NCBI GenBank assembly: GCA_013239625.1
Contig: MU055458.1
Span: 728,972-792,971, forward strand
Direction of reading: 5' to 3'
Length of the DNA stretch: 64,000 nt
Origin: Lama guanicoe
Lineage: Eukaryota
Shown: piece after piece, positions 22,941-37,376 of the stretch
Layout: every line of letters starts with the position of its first letter
How positions within the stretch are numbered: the stretch's first letter is position 1
Notes under the pieces: model-generated
Seen by the model: the letters and a program-made list of their open reading frames with translations, nothing else
Told to the model about the DNA's origin: nothing
The model's database searches: none
Made by a program: the position numbers and the translations under genes

Positions 22941-25459
22941 AGGAACTGTTTCTGAATCAACTACAAAGGGGAGAGAAGCTCGCCACACACTGGCCCTGTT
23001 TCAGCCTCCACGGGCCTATCTGCCCGGAGGTGCACACACCCGCACCGGAAGCCATGAATCTTCCAGGCATGTGGAGATGAGCCCCTGGCCTCTGTGGTGA
23101 CCTCAGCGCCTGCTTTGCAGGCCTCCTCTGCCCAGGGAGCCCCAACTCCGCTTCACTGCCTCCCACCCAGGCCTCGTGCCCGCCCTGGGCTCCCCGCTCC
23201 CTGCACTGTCGTCCTGAGGAGCCACCTCTGAGTCACGCGGCCACACGCCAACTGCCTGTAGCTCTCCAGGGCCCAGGCCAGGCTGGACAGGGCAGGGAGG
23301 GCCACAAGACCGCAACCAGCGATGTCCAACAACTCCAACTTTGTTCTGGCAAAGGCCAGACTGCTCTGCCTGTTGGGAGAGGGCGGGGTGATGGGGCCTT
23401 CAGCCGGGGCTGTGTCCTGTCCTGGTCACGAGCCTGGCCCAGGATCCAGCCTGCTCGGCACACAGCCCACAGACGGGGTTTCCACAGCAGATGAAGGGGT
23501 GGGTGGGAGCCGTTCCCTTAGTCGAGTTGTGGACGGCGGGGCTGGAGATGCGCCAAGCTCATTCCTCTCCCTCAGACGCGCGTCCAGCCGCACAGCTGGG
23601 CCGCTATGCGCCACGTCTCTGCTGCGGGGCCCAGGCCACCACCCCCTTCTGCATTCAACCCTCTGCCTGGCCCCTCACGCTCCCTGCAAAGGCTTGAACA
23701 GTGCTGCCTCAGGCATGGAGCAGCCCTGAGGTGCCCCCAAGGCTACTCTAGCCCCTGCCTCCCTCTGCCCTACCCCATCGGCTGAGCAGCACCCACAGCC
23801 CACCAGACTCCTTGAGGGTCCTCGTCTCTCCCGCTGCCCCGCAGCATCCTACAGAGGCCTGAGGGAAGGGACGAGCACGCAGGGCTCCACTGCAAGCTGG
23901 CAAGTGTCCCGCAGCAGGACCCACAGCAGCCAGCACTGGCGGACCAGAGGACACCCCTGGAGACTGCTGTCAGGGGGACGATCCCCAGACATACAGCACA
24001 GATGCGCGGGAGTGCCCGCCCGCAGATCCCAGGCCGCACACCACGCAGCACCGGGCAGCTGCAAAGGGCCGTGGTCTGCACCTCTCACAGGAGATGTCTC
24101 CAAGACTTAGCATTGGAGAAAAAGCTCAAGTTGCCAAAACGTAGCCCCGCCCCAATACACGTACACCCATGTATTTTTAAATGCTGCATAGCAAAACTGT
24201 CTGACTGTACACATACACCTTGAAAAAGAGAGCAGCCAGCCACTCACAGAGGTACCTCTATGCAGGGCAGGGCGCCTGGGGTGGGAGACCGGAGGGGCTC
24301 TGCCGTGCCTCTGAACTGTCTGCAGAGATGACGTGGTCCTATGCGGATCACACAATTTTCAGAAATTGCCATTAAAAAGTAACCAGCGGGTCTCCCAGCT
24401 GAGGCTGGATGATGAAGGGGGCCACCCGGGACGGTGGCAGCTCAGAGGGACGGCAGGTCAGGGTGCCGATGGCCCTCCCTCACCCTCCCTGCCCTCTTCC
24501 CAAGGGTTGCCCTGGCCTCTGTCCCCACCCTGGCATAATCCCCAGTGCACACAAGAAGGGAGGAGAGCTAGCCTGCTCACCTGCCCTACAGCCCAGCAGC
24601 CAGACCTGGCCCGTCACCACAGAGTCAGCCAAGGTCTACCCTAAATGCTCCTCCACAGATGGGCCTGCAAAGACCTGCTAAGAGCAAGCAGGGCCAGCAT
24701 TTGCGGTGCACGGGACTCAAGCCATGGCTGGAAGCCATGTCCACCCTGAGGGGCCACCTGCAGGACAGAGCGGAGTCAGCCCAGCAAGGGCCTTCATCCC
24801 TCAGGGAATGGCATAAAAGAGGGTGTGAGCCTCTGTCTGGCCTCTGCCCAGAGGTTAACTGTTCGCTGGGAAGCAGAGGAGCAAAAGCTGACCTGGAGGA
24901 GGCAAAACCACCCAGAGCATCCCGTTCAGCAGTGGGTGGTCTGCACCTTCAGGGGCTTCTGGCAGTGGGGGGCGCTGCCCAGGTGTTGGCCTGTGTCTCT
25001 CCCACAGGCACAGACTGACTGCCCTTCTGCCAGACTCGTTTTCTGGAAGGCTCTGGAAACCACAGGAGGAGCTACAGGGAGCATGCCCAGTGGGGGAGTG
25101 CCCTGGAGCACGTGGATGCCAGCTGGGATGTCCTAACTCTGTCGTTAGGAGGCTGAGTGCCTCCCCATGAGGAAGAAAGGCAGGTTGGGTCCCTCCTTCC
25201 AGCATCACTGCACAGCTTGTAAGGGCCAAGCACTTCGCCCGGGAGAGGGAGAGAAACTGTCTTCTTGAACACCTACCCTGTGCCCGCTCACGAGTTAGGG
25301 GCGCCCCCTTGCATTACCTAACTGAACCCCTACAACTACCCTCCAGGCAGGTGAAGGGAGCCCACGTAAAGGAGGGTGAGCAGGAGCTCAGGGGACTGAG
25401 CTACTCGCCAGGCTCTTGCTTGGGTTCTGCAGTTGCAGAAGAAAAGATCTGCCAAACGC

Positions 25460-25990
25460 TGAAGATGCGCCTCTTTCGTTAACAAGTAAAGAGTTCTTAT
25501 AAATCAGTAAGCAAAGGACCACTAACCTGACAGGAAACGAGTGAAAAGAAAATGCACAGAAAAAAAGACAACCGCTTACATGACACCACAGTCAGTCCCA
25601 CTCGTGATAAATAGAACACAGCAGCGTTTTCACCCACTGAGAGCAGATGCGAGATGGTTCCACGACAGACAGTGCTGATGAGTCTGTGGTGGGGTGGGGC
25701 TAGAACTTCAATCCACCACAGACCCTGTGACCCGGGGATTGTTCCTTGGAGCTTATTCTAGGAGTGGACTCCCACACATGTGCAAAGTTTTACACACCAA
25801 GCACTGTCTGCAGTAACAAGAGACTGGAAGCAATGAAAACGACCACTGACAGGGGTGGGCAGGTAACCTGGGACATCTGTGTGCTGGGAGGACTAGGCAG
25901 CAATTAAAAAGAACAGCAAGTTCAAATACACCCTCCAAGGTACACTTCCAAGTGAAAAGAACCCAGAGGCAAAAGCATGTGTACTTTGCT
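25460..25990 (+). mobile_element. Old L1 (L1M-type) 3' fragment, degraded
   Basis: A-rich tract with L1-like phrases (taaagagttcttataaatcagtaag..., aacaagagactggaagcaat...). Confidence 0.55.
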
Positions 25991-27074
25991 TTCTGTGCAC
26001 TGGCTCATAAGTGGGCAGACACCCCTGGACGGACACCCGCCAGATGAGGGACAGTGGCTGTGGTCTGGGCATCTGGGTGGGAGGCAGCTTTCTTTCACTG
26101 AAAGCCCCTTGCTACCGAGTAAACTGATTACAGATCACACCCATCGCTTATCTATAAAATACCCACCAGGAGAGGGCTGGCAGGTGCAGGGGCTGGGCTC
26201 CCAGACTCTGAAGCCCCAGTCCAGCCCCCAGGAGGTCAAGCCTGGGAGAGAAGAGCCAAGGACTCAGACACCCCATCACCTGGCTGGCTCTCAGGGGACC
26301 TTGTTCTGCCCATATGGCTCCAGAACCAGCCTCTGCCACACCCTCCAGACTGAAGACCTGCCCTCCTGGCTCCTGTCCAGGCCAATTCCACCCTTTGGTG
26401 TCCCTCCACATAATGGGAACCAAGGAAAACTCAGAAGAAACCACAGCACAGAGGGACTGTGCGAGGAGCTGAAGCCGCCCAGCTGAGGACAGGTGAGGAC
26501 AGGCGAGGACCTAAAGGTACGTACAGCAGAGTGAAGGGCCAGCTGTTTCTGTGCAGGGCTAAGCAAAGGAGGGAGGCCTGGGCCCAGGCGGGGTGGCCAG
26601 GGGACAGATGTGGGCCCTCGGGCACCTCAGGGATGGGCCATGCCGGCCCGAGGGGTGGGTCTCTACCCCGCATGGAGCACAGGACTGGAAGAGCAATGAC
26701 AGGCCAGCCCTGGCCACACTTGTCTTCTCAGCAGTAGACCAGCTTCAGTCAGAGTCCCCAGGTGCCCGAGACCACATGGGGGCACGTGGAGCTGCTGCGG
26801 GGAAGCAGGGAATGGGCCTGGAGCCCCACCCATCACTGCCTGCCGCGGCCCCAGAGAACCCCCAACCTCGTTGGTGCCTCTCCCCAGATGGGCAAACCGG
26901 CGCCGGGAGGGGGCAGCGACTTGCCAGAAGTCGCTTGGCAAGCGGGGACCCACTCTTGCGTCTGGCGCACTCGACCGCACCACCTCGCCTGCCCTCTGAG
27001 GATGCCGCAGTCCCGCGGTCTGGGGAACACCCACCCCGGGGTCCGTTCCCACGCCTTCCGTGAGCAGCAGCGGC

Positions 27075-27246
27075 NNNNNNNNNNNNNNNNNNNNNNNNNN
27101 NNNNNNNNNNNNNNNNNNNNNNNNNNNNNNNNNNNNNNNNNNNNNNNNNNNNNNNNNNNNNNNNNNNNNNNNNNNNNNNNNNNNNNNNNNNNNNNNNNNN
27201 NNNNNNNNNNNNNNNNNNNNNNNNNNNNNNNNNNNNNNNNNNNNNN
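27075..27246. other. Assembly gap (172 N), inferred to hide CABIN1 exon ~29 (about 114 nt, NLQWARDVLL...KTNFFN)
   Basis: This peptide is not encoded in any readable ORF; the gap size fits; flanks are CpG-rich and the minus strand is pyrimidine-rich entering the gap. Confidence 0.6.
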
Positions 27247-30200
27247 GTTGGAAGTGAGTGTGTGGGCAGCTCTCAGCGCCCACGGAGAAAGGAGGCAGTC
27301 CCCTCCCTCCCAGCTGCACTGGTAGAGCAGCAGCGAGCAGCAGCTCCCGCAGACATTGATCCTGCAGCGCCGGGCGGCCCTGGCAGCCGGCTTTGATCAT
27401 CTGGCTGTGGGGTGTGTTTCTGGAATGGACATCTCGCCGAGCAGAGCTGACAGAGGAGAGTGGGGCCTCATACTGCCCGAGGAGGGCACAGACAGGGACG
27501 CCTTACCCTGATGGACTTCACAAGCTGGTACACGGACCCAGCACCCCACCTTCTGCCAAGGGACCCCCCCCCCATCAGCCTGAACAGTCAGGCCTGACTT
27601 GGTGTCAGGCTATCGGCAGCTGAGGCTCTGCAGGACGCCTGTCGGGGAGGGTGCTTGGCCCCAGTGCTCAGGCCACTGCCCTCTGGGCAATGAATGGTGC
27701 CTCTTGGTGGAACCCAGGCCCAAGGAGCCCGGCAGGGTAGGAACAAGAGCCTACTAGCCCAGATGGGACTGGCGGCAGGGAGAGAAGACAGGTTTGGGTC
27801 GCCTTGGCCTTCTCTGGGCCTTCTCACAGACTGGAGAGCAGTCCTTCCCAGCAGCTGGCTGGCCAGCCACCCCTCTGCCTCAGGTCTTCACCACAATGGC
27901 TCCTACAGTGGGGACCAGGGCTCAGCTCCTTGCACACACCATCTCACCTACTGCCGGACGGTGCTGCCCTACAAGGGAGAGGCCACCAGGGGCAGGGCCA
28001 GGACCAAACAACGCAGCGCCTTACCTCCACCGCATCCACCCTCCTGGCTGTCAGTCCTCAGACACACCCCCACCTCCCACCCTGGCTGGCTGAGTCCCTT
28101 CCTCACCTCACCCTGAGGCCAGGCCTTCACCACTCTTATGTCACTTACCAGCTGACAAGCCCGGCCCACCTGCTCCCACCCTGCTCACTCACTGATCAGA
28201 CTGAACTTACGAAATAGCTCCCCTGCCACAGCTGCAGGCAAAGCGGGAACTCCCACTCCCTGGCCTGCCTTGGAGCGTCTGCTCCCACCTCAGCACAGAG
28301 AGACAGCCCCCAGAGGCTGCTTTGGGGGCTGAAGGTCCCTCCGTGCCCAGTACTCCTACAGTGGTCGCAGAGGAACGAGGGTCCCTCTGGGATGGGGACA
28401 GGCGAGGTTTCAAGCATGTATCTCCTGGATGACACACAGCAGATAAAGCTGGCTCTTCTGTGGAAGCCCAGGGGGAAGTCATGCTCTGAGGAAGCCTGGA
28501 TGACTAAGCCTAGCATTGACTCCAAGGCCAATTTCTACAGGGATGTGGCCAGGCTCTGAGAGTGGCCACAGGCTGAGGCTCCACAAACTACAGGCCACCC
28601 TTCCCGCGGGACTGCAGCCCCACCTGGTCTAGGAGGCTCGACGTGGGGCTGGGGGCTAGAGGGCCACGGGCAGTCCTGGTTGTGCAAGCGGGCATATGCC
28701 TGCTCAGAGCCCACCTGGGGCCCAGACACCTGCCCAGACACATCCAACAGGCCGAGGTCAGGAGCAGATGGGACAGACCCCAGCCAAAACAGCAAAGTGG
28801 GGCCATGTGAAACCAAGGTGTGTCTTCTGTGGGATCCAGGGGCCTGGCCAGGGCCTTGGGGAGCCAGGCTGCAGCCATTTCCAGTGAGCTCCACCAGGGA
28901 GGAGGCAGAAGCAGGCAGAGGAGAGGGGAACCTGGGCAAACAGAGCCCTTGACCCTGGAGCCAGACCCCGCTCTGCGCCACACTCACGAGGGAGGGTGAG
29001 ACCCCAGTCTCGGCCTTCAGTGTGCTAGGAGGACCAGCCTGCAGGTCAGAGGCATTCAAACCCACATCCCAGACCAGTCCTGAGCCAGTTACAAGACACT
29101 GCCGTGCACTGCCCTCTCCACAGCAGGCCCAGGGAGGAGCGCCAGTCTGGTGTGGGGAAGCAGGCGGGCTGGGCGACTTCGTTACAAGGAACACAATCCA
29201 ACTCAGGTTAGCTCAAGCTGGCTCCTCAGGGCTCCAGGACTTGAGAGAGGAGGTAAAGCCTCAGTGCTCAGCCACAACCCCTTGGTCTCAGGGCTACTTG
29301 GTTCAAAATGTCTCCCTAGGGAGATCTGAAAGGCTCAACCCCAGCACCCACTGCCTATCTAACTAGGCGTGGACAGACCCTCACAGGAGAGAGTAGGGTA
29401 TTGGAGACTTCAACCTGCACTGTGTAAGATGACAGGAGAGCCCACCTGACCGTCACCGGGGAGGTAGAATACAAAGGAGGCCCACCTCTGGGCCAGCCTG
29501 GGAGGTCAGGGAGGGTTCCCAAGGAGATGACACAAGCCTGTCGTGGGGCCAGAGACTTACTTAGACAAGAGCCCAGGCAAGGCAGGGCAGCCAGGACCCA
29601 GCTGAGGAGGCATGGAGACAAGACATGGGCACCTGTGAGGCCAGTGGGGAGCCAGAAGACTCCTCCGAGGCCCTAGGTCAACCTCTCCTAGAGGCGAGTG
29701 ACCCTGGGAGACCCAGGGCACCGAGCAGTAGGACTGAGAGAAGTTATCCTGGGGCTGTGACCCTAAAGCCTCTTCCAGGGTCCCCTGGGAACCTGTAGGA
29801 AGTGTGCCGGTGACCCCTCTGAGCAGCAGCGGCGGGGTGAGAGATAACAGAAGGCTGGAAGACGCATCTCTATCACCAAGGATATGGTCATGATTTTCAT
29901 AAGAACACCAAGAAATAAACACAGCAAAGGCTTTCTTCTGGTCAGCACATGTTGGAGTGCAGCACGGAAGTGGGGTGGTGCGCCTCGTTCTAGGACCCCT
30001 GTGGGACAGGAATGCACAGCCTCTCCACTGCACCAGCATCAGATCAGGACCGCCCCTCTGACCAAGGGGTTGGGCAGAGAGAGGACCACGGGGTGGGGGT
30101 GGAGGTATGAAGCCTGAAAATCAGGCCCTAAAGAAGAGTGCAGAGAGCACTAGCCAAGCTTGCAGACCGTCAATCAGCCTCCCACAGAACCGGCAGAGGG

Positions 30201-32039
30201 CAGGCTCTGGGCGCCTCCCAGACCCGCCAGGGAGCCGATCGATGGCCAAGGCACAGAGCGTCCAGGCAGCTCCCAGGGACCATCGCTAATCACGGCTGAG
30301 GCCCAGGACGGGAGCTGCCAAGGAGGTCGATCCCTCACCCCATGCAGTCGTGTTTACGGACAAGGAGAGCCAGGAAGCCACAAAGCAGGGCTCGCGCTTG
30401 GGGCCAGGCCACAGCGGGCGAGTCACTTTGCACGTCTGCCTGGGCCTGTGCGCCTCCGGCAGCAGCTCCTTCTCAGGTTTCGCATAAGCTGTCCCCACAC
30501 GCTGGGCTGGAGCCTCTGGGAGTAGAAGGAATCCCCCAAGGCCCTTCACCGGCTTCACCAGCACAGGGGTCCTGGTGAGGGGCAGTCCTCTGCCTGAAGG
30601 CGCACCTCCCTCCCTTGGAGCAGGGCCAGCTCCATACCCTTGCTGTCCAGCCACACAAGCCTCGTCCAGACTCACTGTCCATCAGCTCCCTGAGGTAACA
30701 GACAGTCTGACTTCTTCACTGACAGCTACTCGGGGGCTGGACCAGTACGGGGTCCACATGTGGGGTGTGACAGATCTTTGGGGAAAGAATGAGAGGACAA
30801 TGGGCAGCATTTGAACTTGCAGGAAGTGAGCAGCCCATCAAGCCCAGAGGACAGGTGAGGCCCAGAGGCAGGACGCTGCCTGCAACATGTGGGGATGGGG
30901 GCTGGCCCAGGGGCTGGCCCAGGTGCTGGAGGCTGAAGTGCTGGAGGCTCAGCAGCGAGGGAGCTGCAGGGAGCATGGCTGAGCACTCAGGTGCTGGGGA
31001 GACCAGAGCACGAGGCCACTGCTGAAACACCCTTCACTGGTTCCCCGCACGGGTGCTCAGAGGCCCGGGGTCCGCACGCAGACCTACATGCGGGCACGGA
31101 GCGACGCACACAGGGTTTTGGCGGTGGGCCTGGGAGCCTTAGGGAGTTTCCCCCATACTGCCTCCCTGGGCCACGGCTGCCCCCTTGGAGGATGGCGGGG
31201 CAGTGCTGTCCAGAGCAAGTGGCCTCTGCCCCACCAGAGCCACGTGCAAGCAGGGCTTCCAAGGCAGGCGGCTCTGTCATCAGGGCACACATCCCGCCCA
31301 GCGGGGCAGCATTAATTCAGTCCACCCTCACACCACAGCTGCTGCGAAGGGGCCGCCAGCCCCGCTTTACCCCTGAGAACCTGCCCGTGGGGCTGCACTG
31401 GGAGCCGGTGTCTGGCTGGGCCCAAGTGAAGTTCCAGCAAGGCGCACTAGCAAGGAGGCCACGCCCTCAGCACAGGGGCTGAGGGCCAGGCCACAGTCGG
31501 TCAAGCATGAGCTGACTGAGGCCAAGCCTCGCAGGCAGCGCTAGCCAGGCCTCTCCCCCAGGACGGCCCTTGTGTCAGCCCTGCTTCTGCTAAACCCCAG
31601 CCTCTCACACAAGGCCTAACGCACAATGGGCCGTCCTCGCCGAGGGGTCCAGACATGATGCTGTCTCCTGTGGGCGGGTGCTGTGAGCAGCAGCATGGAG
31701 GCTGGGCCATCTAGACACCCCAGCAGAGGCGGCTTCTTGTCCTCTTTCTCTTAAGACATCAAGGGGCCCAGGAGGACCGGGGAGAGCAACGAATGGGAAG
31801 AACATCCCGTGATGGGACCAGCACACGGCAGGCAGGGACCCAACCAGAGGCCCCCGAGGACAGCAGACCTGGGGCTCCACGCAGGGCACAGCCCGGGGTG
31901 GGGCCCACTCCTCACCCCTCCAGGCCCAGCAGTGCACAGGCGCCCGCGAGAGGAGGCTTGACTCAGGTCTTTGATGCCCGCCCACGTCCTAGTTGGGGAG
32001 AAGCGGCATCTCGGTTGGCTTGGGTCCACGGTTGGTCCC

Positions 32040-33125
32040 GATGGTGCCAGGCGCCTTTTCCTGTGCTTAATGGCCGTGTGTGCGTCTCTCTGGAGAAGAC
32101 GTCTAGGCAGATCCTTTGCCCATTTTCAAACTGGGCTGTCTTCTAATTAATGAGTTGTAAGAGTTCTTTATATATTCTAGATACAAGTCCCTAATAAGAG
32201 ATGTGATTTGCAAATATTTCTCACCATTCTGTGGACTGTCTTTTCACTTTGACTGTGTCCCATGAAGCACAAAAGTTTTAAATTTTGATGGTGCATAGTT
32301 TACTTGTTTATTTTTGGTCACCTGTGCTTTTAGTATCACATTTAAGAAATCGTTGCCTAATTCAAGGTCACGAAGATTTACATCTATTTTTTCTTCCAAG
32401 AACCTTACAGTTTTTACTCTGAAATGTAGGTCTTTGATCTATTTCAAGTTAATTTTCGTACAGTGTGAGGCGGGGGTCCAACTTCATCCTTCTGCACATG
32501 GCTGTCCAGCTGTCCCAGCGCCAGCTGTCGGAGAGACTGTCCTTTCCCCACTGAAGAATCTCGGCAGACTCGTCGAAAATCAACTGACTCTAGACATATG
32601 CACTCATTTCTGGACTCCCAACTCTACACCACTGACCTATGTATCTCACCTTAGGCTAGTACCACATTTTTAAAAATTGTGATACAAAACACATAGCATA
32701 ACTTTTACCGTATTAACCACTTTTAAGCGTTCAGTTCAGCAATGTTGAGTACACTCACATTGTTATGCAACAGTATCTGGAGTATCTCCAGGATGCATTT
32801 ATCTTGCAGAGCTGAAACTCTGTTCCCATTAAACAACAACTCCCCACACCCGGCACCCACTCTTCTACTCTGTTTCTGTGAGTTTGACTCCCTAGGGACC
32901 TCACATAAGTGGACTCTTACAGGATTTGTCTTTTGTGACAGGCTTGTTTCACCAAGCATAACGCCCTCGAGGCTCACCCCTGCTGCGGCAGGGGTCAGAA
33001 TCCCCCTCCTCTAAGGCTCAACGATACTCCACACTGTTTTGATGACTGTAGATCTGCAATGAGTCCTGAAATTGGGAAGTGTGAATCCTCCAAGTTTGCC
33101 CTTTCTCAAGATTGTCTGGCTCCAG
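32040..33125 (-). mobile_element. L1 ORF2/3' fragment (32040-32666 and 33031-33125) interrupted by a second L1 3' end (32667-33030)
   Basis: Typical antisense L1 text (gagttgtaagagttctttatatattctagatacaagtcc; tttgcaaatatttc). The outer element breaks at gtaccaca and resumes at cacactgttttgat. Confidence 0.8.
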
Positions 33126-35215
33126 GGACTGTCTTATAACCCACTCTGTCCCAGATTCCCTGCAGCAGGAGGTGGGGGCCTTGGTTCCCACTGGGTTGGG
33201 GGCCCAGGCAGAGGCCCCCAGGCTTCAGCCTCCTTCCCGATAAGGTCAGGACCCCAAGATAAAAGGTGTCTGGGTGCCCATGTGGGCTCAGGGAGCCAGG
33301 ATTTTATGAGCAAGGCTGACAGCCCAGGGCTCAAAATCCTGGCCAAAACCATGCTCTCAGAGATTCCAAGTGATAACTATGGCCAGACTCCGGCACATGG
33401 GACCTTCCTGGGGTGTGGAGGGTGTATGGGAACCTGCTTCCTCAGGTGCCCCCAACTCTCAGGAGCCCACCAGGCCTACCCTGGGGGATCGGGGGAGAGA
33501 GAGGTTGTATGCAGCAAAGCCAACCTTGGGCAGGAGGTCAGCCTTAGGTGGGTGTCAAGGGTCCATCAGGGGCAGACTAGCCCTCAGAAGGCTCGGGCAG
33601 GGTAGGAGCCCCGGGCAATGGTGACACTGAGGAAGCGGCCCAGTGGTCCTGGCAGGAGGTCCCACTGAAGGCGAGAGGACCTGGGGTGTACCCACGCCAC
33701 CCTCTGCTGTACAAGAGCTCTGTGGGAGGGTCACGGGAGAAGAGCCCTGAGCTCTGCTGGTTCCCTTGCTGAGCCCACCCTCCTCCCCTCTCCCAAATCC
33801 TACAGCCAGTAGCCAAGCCAGCAGAGCCCACCTGGGCATGTGTGCCAGGCCTGAGGGGCTGTGGTAAACCCCACTGGGGCCTCTCTGCCCCAGCCAGCCA
33901 CCAAGCCACGAGATGGCAACAGGAAAATGCCATTGCCAAGCCCACAGGCAGGCTTTAGGAAGAAATTCACTGCTGTTGAACACCCAGCAGGAAATGCGTG
34001 TTACCAGACAGCTGTGTTTGGAAAGTGGTCACTGCTGGTCACTGAATGGTTCTGGTTGTGCCCCAGGTCTGCAGACAAGCTGATATCTGGTGGGCAGAAC
34101 TGTGTGACCCAGCTCTCAAGGGAATGAGGCGCCGCTGCACGGGGCACCAGGACCAGGGGAGCCTCTAGGGCTTGGCCAGGCCCATGGTGCCGGCTGCCTG
34201 GCAGCGCCAAGGCACGTCGGGTGCCCACACACAGTTACTGCAGGAAAGGGGTCTCTCTCAGATTCAAGACCAGCACTCCACCTCAGAGAACCAGGGACGC
34301 CAGCCTGGGAACAGAGTCAACAGGAGAGCCACAGAAACAGGGTGCCACGCCCCGGGGGTAGGCAGCCTGAGCAGCCTCTGCCTCCACCACCAGGTCTACC
34401 AACCCTCTGGGGCCATCACAGAGGACCAAAATGACCTGAGGAATTCACGGAAAGGGCAAAACAGCCGACTGTGAGCAGGGGCAGGGGCAGTGAAGTCACC
34501 TGGCCAGGCTCCCCAACATAGATGTCAAGGAGCGAGGATGTGACCCGCCTCCTGTGCCTGAAGCAGGAGCTGGGCAGCGCTTGAGCGGGGAGGAAATCCT
34601 CATGCACACAGCCTCTGATTTATGCTGACAGAACCATGGATGCCCCTGCTCCAATGTTCCTTTTATTTTGACATTAACATTGTTTCCCACTTTCAAAAAG
34701 TCTGGCCGGTGAGGGGACAGGGTGCAGTAACAGCAGCCCGGGCCTGCTGTGTGGAGTCCTTTACATGCGCGACTCTCACGCTCGCTCGAGCAAAGCCATT
34801 TGAAGGGAGGTAGGGGCTGACCCACGGGCTCTGGGGGGCCCACCTCCCTCCACCCTATCCTGTCACTTTCTCCTCCTCCCCTAATACACATCTCGCACAG
34901 CAGGAGGCCTGGATGAGGGTGGCTAGTGTCCCTCCTGCCCGAGGCTCAGAGCTCCTGCACAGGCTCTGCTGCTCCTGAAAGGATGGGGCAAGCTCCCAAA
35001 GCAGCCAGGGCATGGCAGGTAAGACCTGATGAGCCTGTCAGCCCTCCACCCTCACCCCAGTCAGTACCTGAGCCTGAGCAGCCCCGTGTCCACCCTCCAC
35101 AATCCCACACTGCCCCTTGTCACCAGGAGGCTAGGCCACTCTGGCAGCCTGTCTCCTGCACCGCCCCACCCCTGGTCTCCCTCCACCCCTCCCTGGTGCG
35201 GCCCCAGCCCCTCAC

Positions 35216-35547
35216 CCGGTGGGTCTTGCTGTGGGTGTAGAGGAACGCCAGCCGGTAGAGGCTCTTGTAGTGCTGGGGGAAGCGGCTGAGGCACAGGCGG
35301 AAGGAGGCGATGCACTGCTCTGTCAGGAACTGGCGCTGCTCCTCGGCACCTGCCGGCAGCCCCTGGGGGAAGGGCGCCGGCTCCCCAAGGGGCTCTGCTC
35401 TCTTCCTCCCATCCCATGGGGAGGGTGCAGACGCTGGGGGCTTGGCGGGGACCCCAGCGGAGGCTGGAGGGTCTGCAGTGGGCTTCTGGCTGCCCTGCTC
35501 TGTGGCCTGGAAGCCCTCCGTGCTCTCCAAGGACTCCTCGGCTTTCC
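35216..35547 (-). CDS. CABIN1: CABIN1 exon (~28), 332 nt, (G)[12 protein letters not shown]...[16 protein letters not shown]
   Basis: Acceptor ctcagctctag|GG (alternative CAG 6 nt upstream), donor CGG|gtgagg, phase 1-0. Confidence 0.93.
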
Positions 35548-37376
35548 CTAGAGCTGAGAACAAGGGAAAGACAGTCGTCTCAGGCTCAGGCCCTCAGCAG
35601 AGTGGGGCCCGTGCCCAGGCAGGGCCAGGCTCCACTGTCAGGGCTGCCTCTGCTTCCCTGCAGCACCAGCAACTGGCACTGACCTGGGCGCCGTTACCCG
35701 CTGCTCATGGCCGGACGTGGGCTTGCGCCCTGGAGCACTGACGAGGGAGCAGTAGGCTGGTGGCAGAGCCGCCCACAAGGATGCGCCTGGCAGGTGAGGG
35801 AGAGGAGCCCACTCGGGGCTGGGGCTGCTGCCCACCAGGAGCGCAGCAATGGTGTCAGAGACCACCCCATCAGACCAAGCCTGGGGGGCACTTGCCCAGC
35901 CCCCTGCGCTGTCTGCTGGGTGAGGGCTCTGGACCCATCCCCTGCAGCACCCACATCTCAACAGGAATGTTATCACCTTCACCAACGTGGTGACCGGGAA
36001 GAGGGCTTGGAAGGGAGAAATAGGTCCACGGAAGCAAGAGGCTTCATGTCAAGGCCTCTGGAGACTGCAGTGACTTGTTCCACCCTAACCTTTACCAGGG
36101 CCAGCCCTGCGTGCTCTGAACTGAAGGGAAGAGGCGGGATGGGCCGCTCTGTGTCTGGAAAGCCGTGCACACACCGGGCTCTGTACAGCCCACAAGCAGG
36201 CTGGAGAGAGGCCCTGAGGATCCCCTATATGGCAGACTTCACTACTCGATGGCCCAGGTCTACACGACAGGCCTCACCGTCTACCGGTGAGAAGGATCTC
36301 GTCTCTAAGACTGGACATGGGCCGAACTGGGAGCATGGCTGCATGCCCCACCCCTAGCCCCTGACAGTATGCCTGTCAGCCGCAGAGGGTCAGCGTCAGT
36401 TTGGGGCAATACAATGACTGCCCAGTGAAAAAGCGGGACCCAGGGCTTCAACACCCACAGGCCTGTTCAGCCCCTTCCCAGACCCTAACAGGAACACCTT
36501 TCCCAACCTACAGGGGATGTGGCTTCACCTCCTTCTAAGGCCAGCTGGAGAGGCCGGCAAGGAACAGAGAGCTGCGGGAGCCCTTCCCTAGCACCATACC
36601 CACACGGGAGCCCCCAAACCCCGACTCTCCCATCCAGGGCCTGTGCGGGGACTGGCTGGGGCCAGACCTGGGCCCAAGGGGACAGGTGATCCCCAACCCC
36701 ACCTGTCCTTCCAGCACACCTGGAGAGGCAGACTGAGCCTCTCTGAACCTCAGGTTCTTCTCCTGGAGAAGGGACCAGTCAGTGTTTTTCCCCAGGGTGG
36801 CTGGAGGCTTGGATGTTTAGTTACTGATGTCCAGCAGGCACCTGATGGGAAAGCCTTCAAAATCCTCGGCAGCCAGACCAGCCAGGCCTCAGGGCAGCGC
36901 CAGGAATGCCTAGCCTGCCTGCAACCTCCCTGCCAGCAAGCCTGGGAGAGGGCTCTGCCCACTGACTTCCACAATGGGGCCTGGGGATCCCATTGGAGCT
37001 GGGCACACCCCAGGACCAGATCAGGGCTCCCCACCAAAAAAAAAAGGGGGGGATTCAGACCAAAAAGAAAGCACATTTGTGACACTTAGGATCCAAAGAC
37101 TTGGCTCTCCCCCGGGGCTGCGGTGGTCATAACCACAAGGACAGGGTTGCTGGGGCTCACCACGTTCCTGGCGCCATCTTTACTCTCACAACCCCAGGAG
37201 CAGGCCTGGGGAATCACTCCCAGCCTACAGGGAAATAGTGAAGGCCCAGGGAGGTAAGAAACTTGGTCAGCTGAGGTCCCAAGACAACAGGCAGGGCCAT
37301 GGGGACGGAGGCCGAGTTACCCAGGCTGCTCAGGTGTTCAAGCAGTCCCTCTAACACCCGGGCCAGATCTCCACAC

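Noticed and set aside
30897-30949. Short 12- and 15-bp period duplications
   Set aside because: Ordinary slippage micro-duplications; not an array and nothing CRISPR-like in this eukaryotic DNA.
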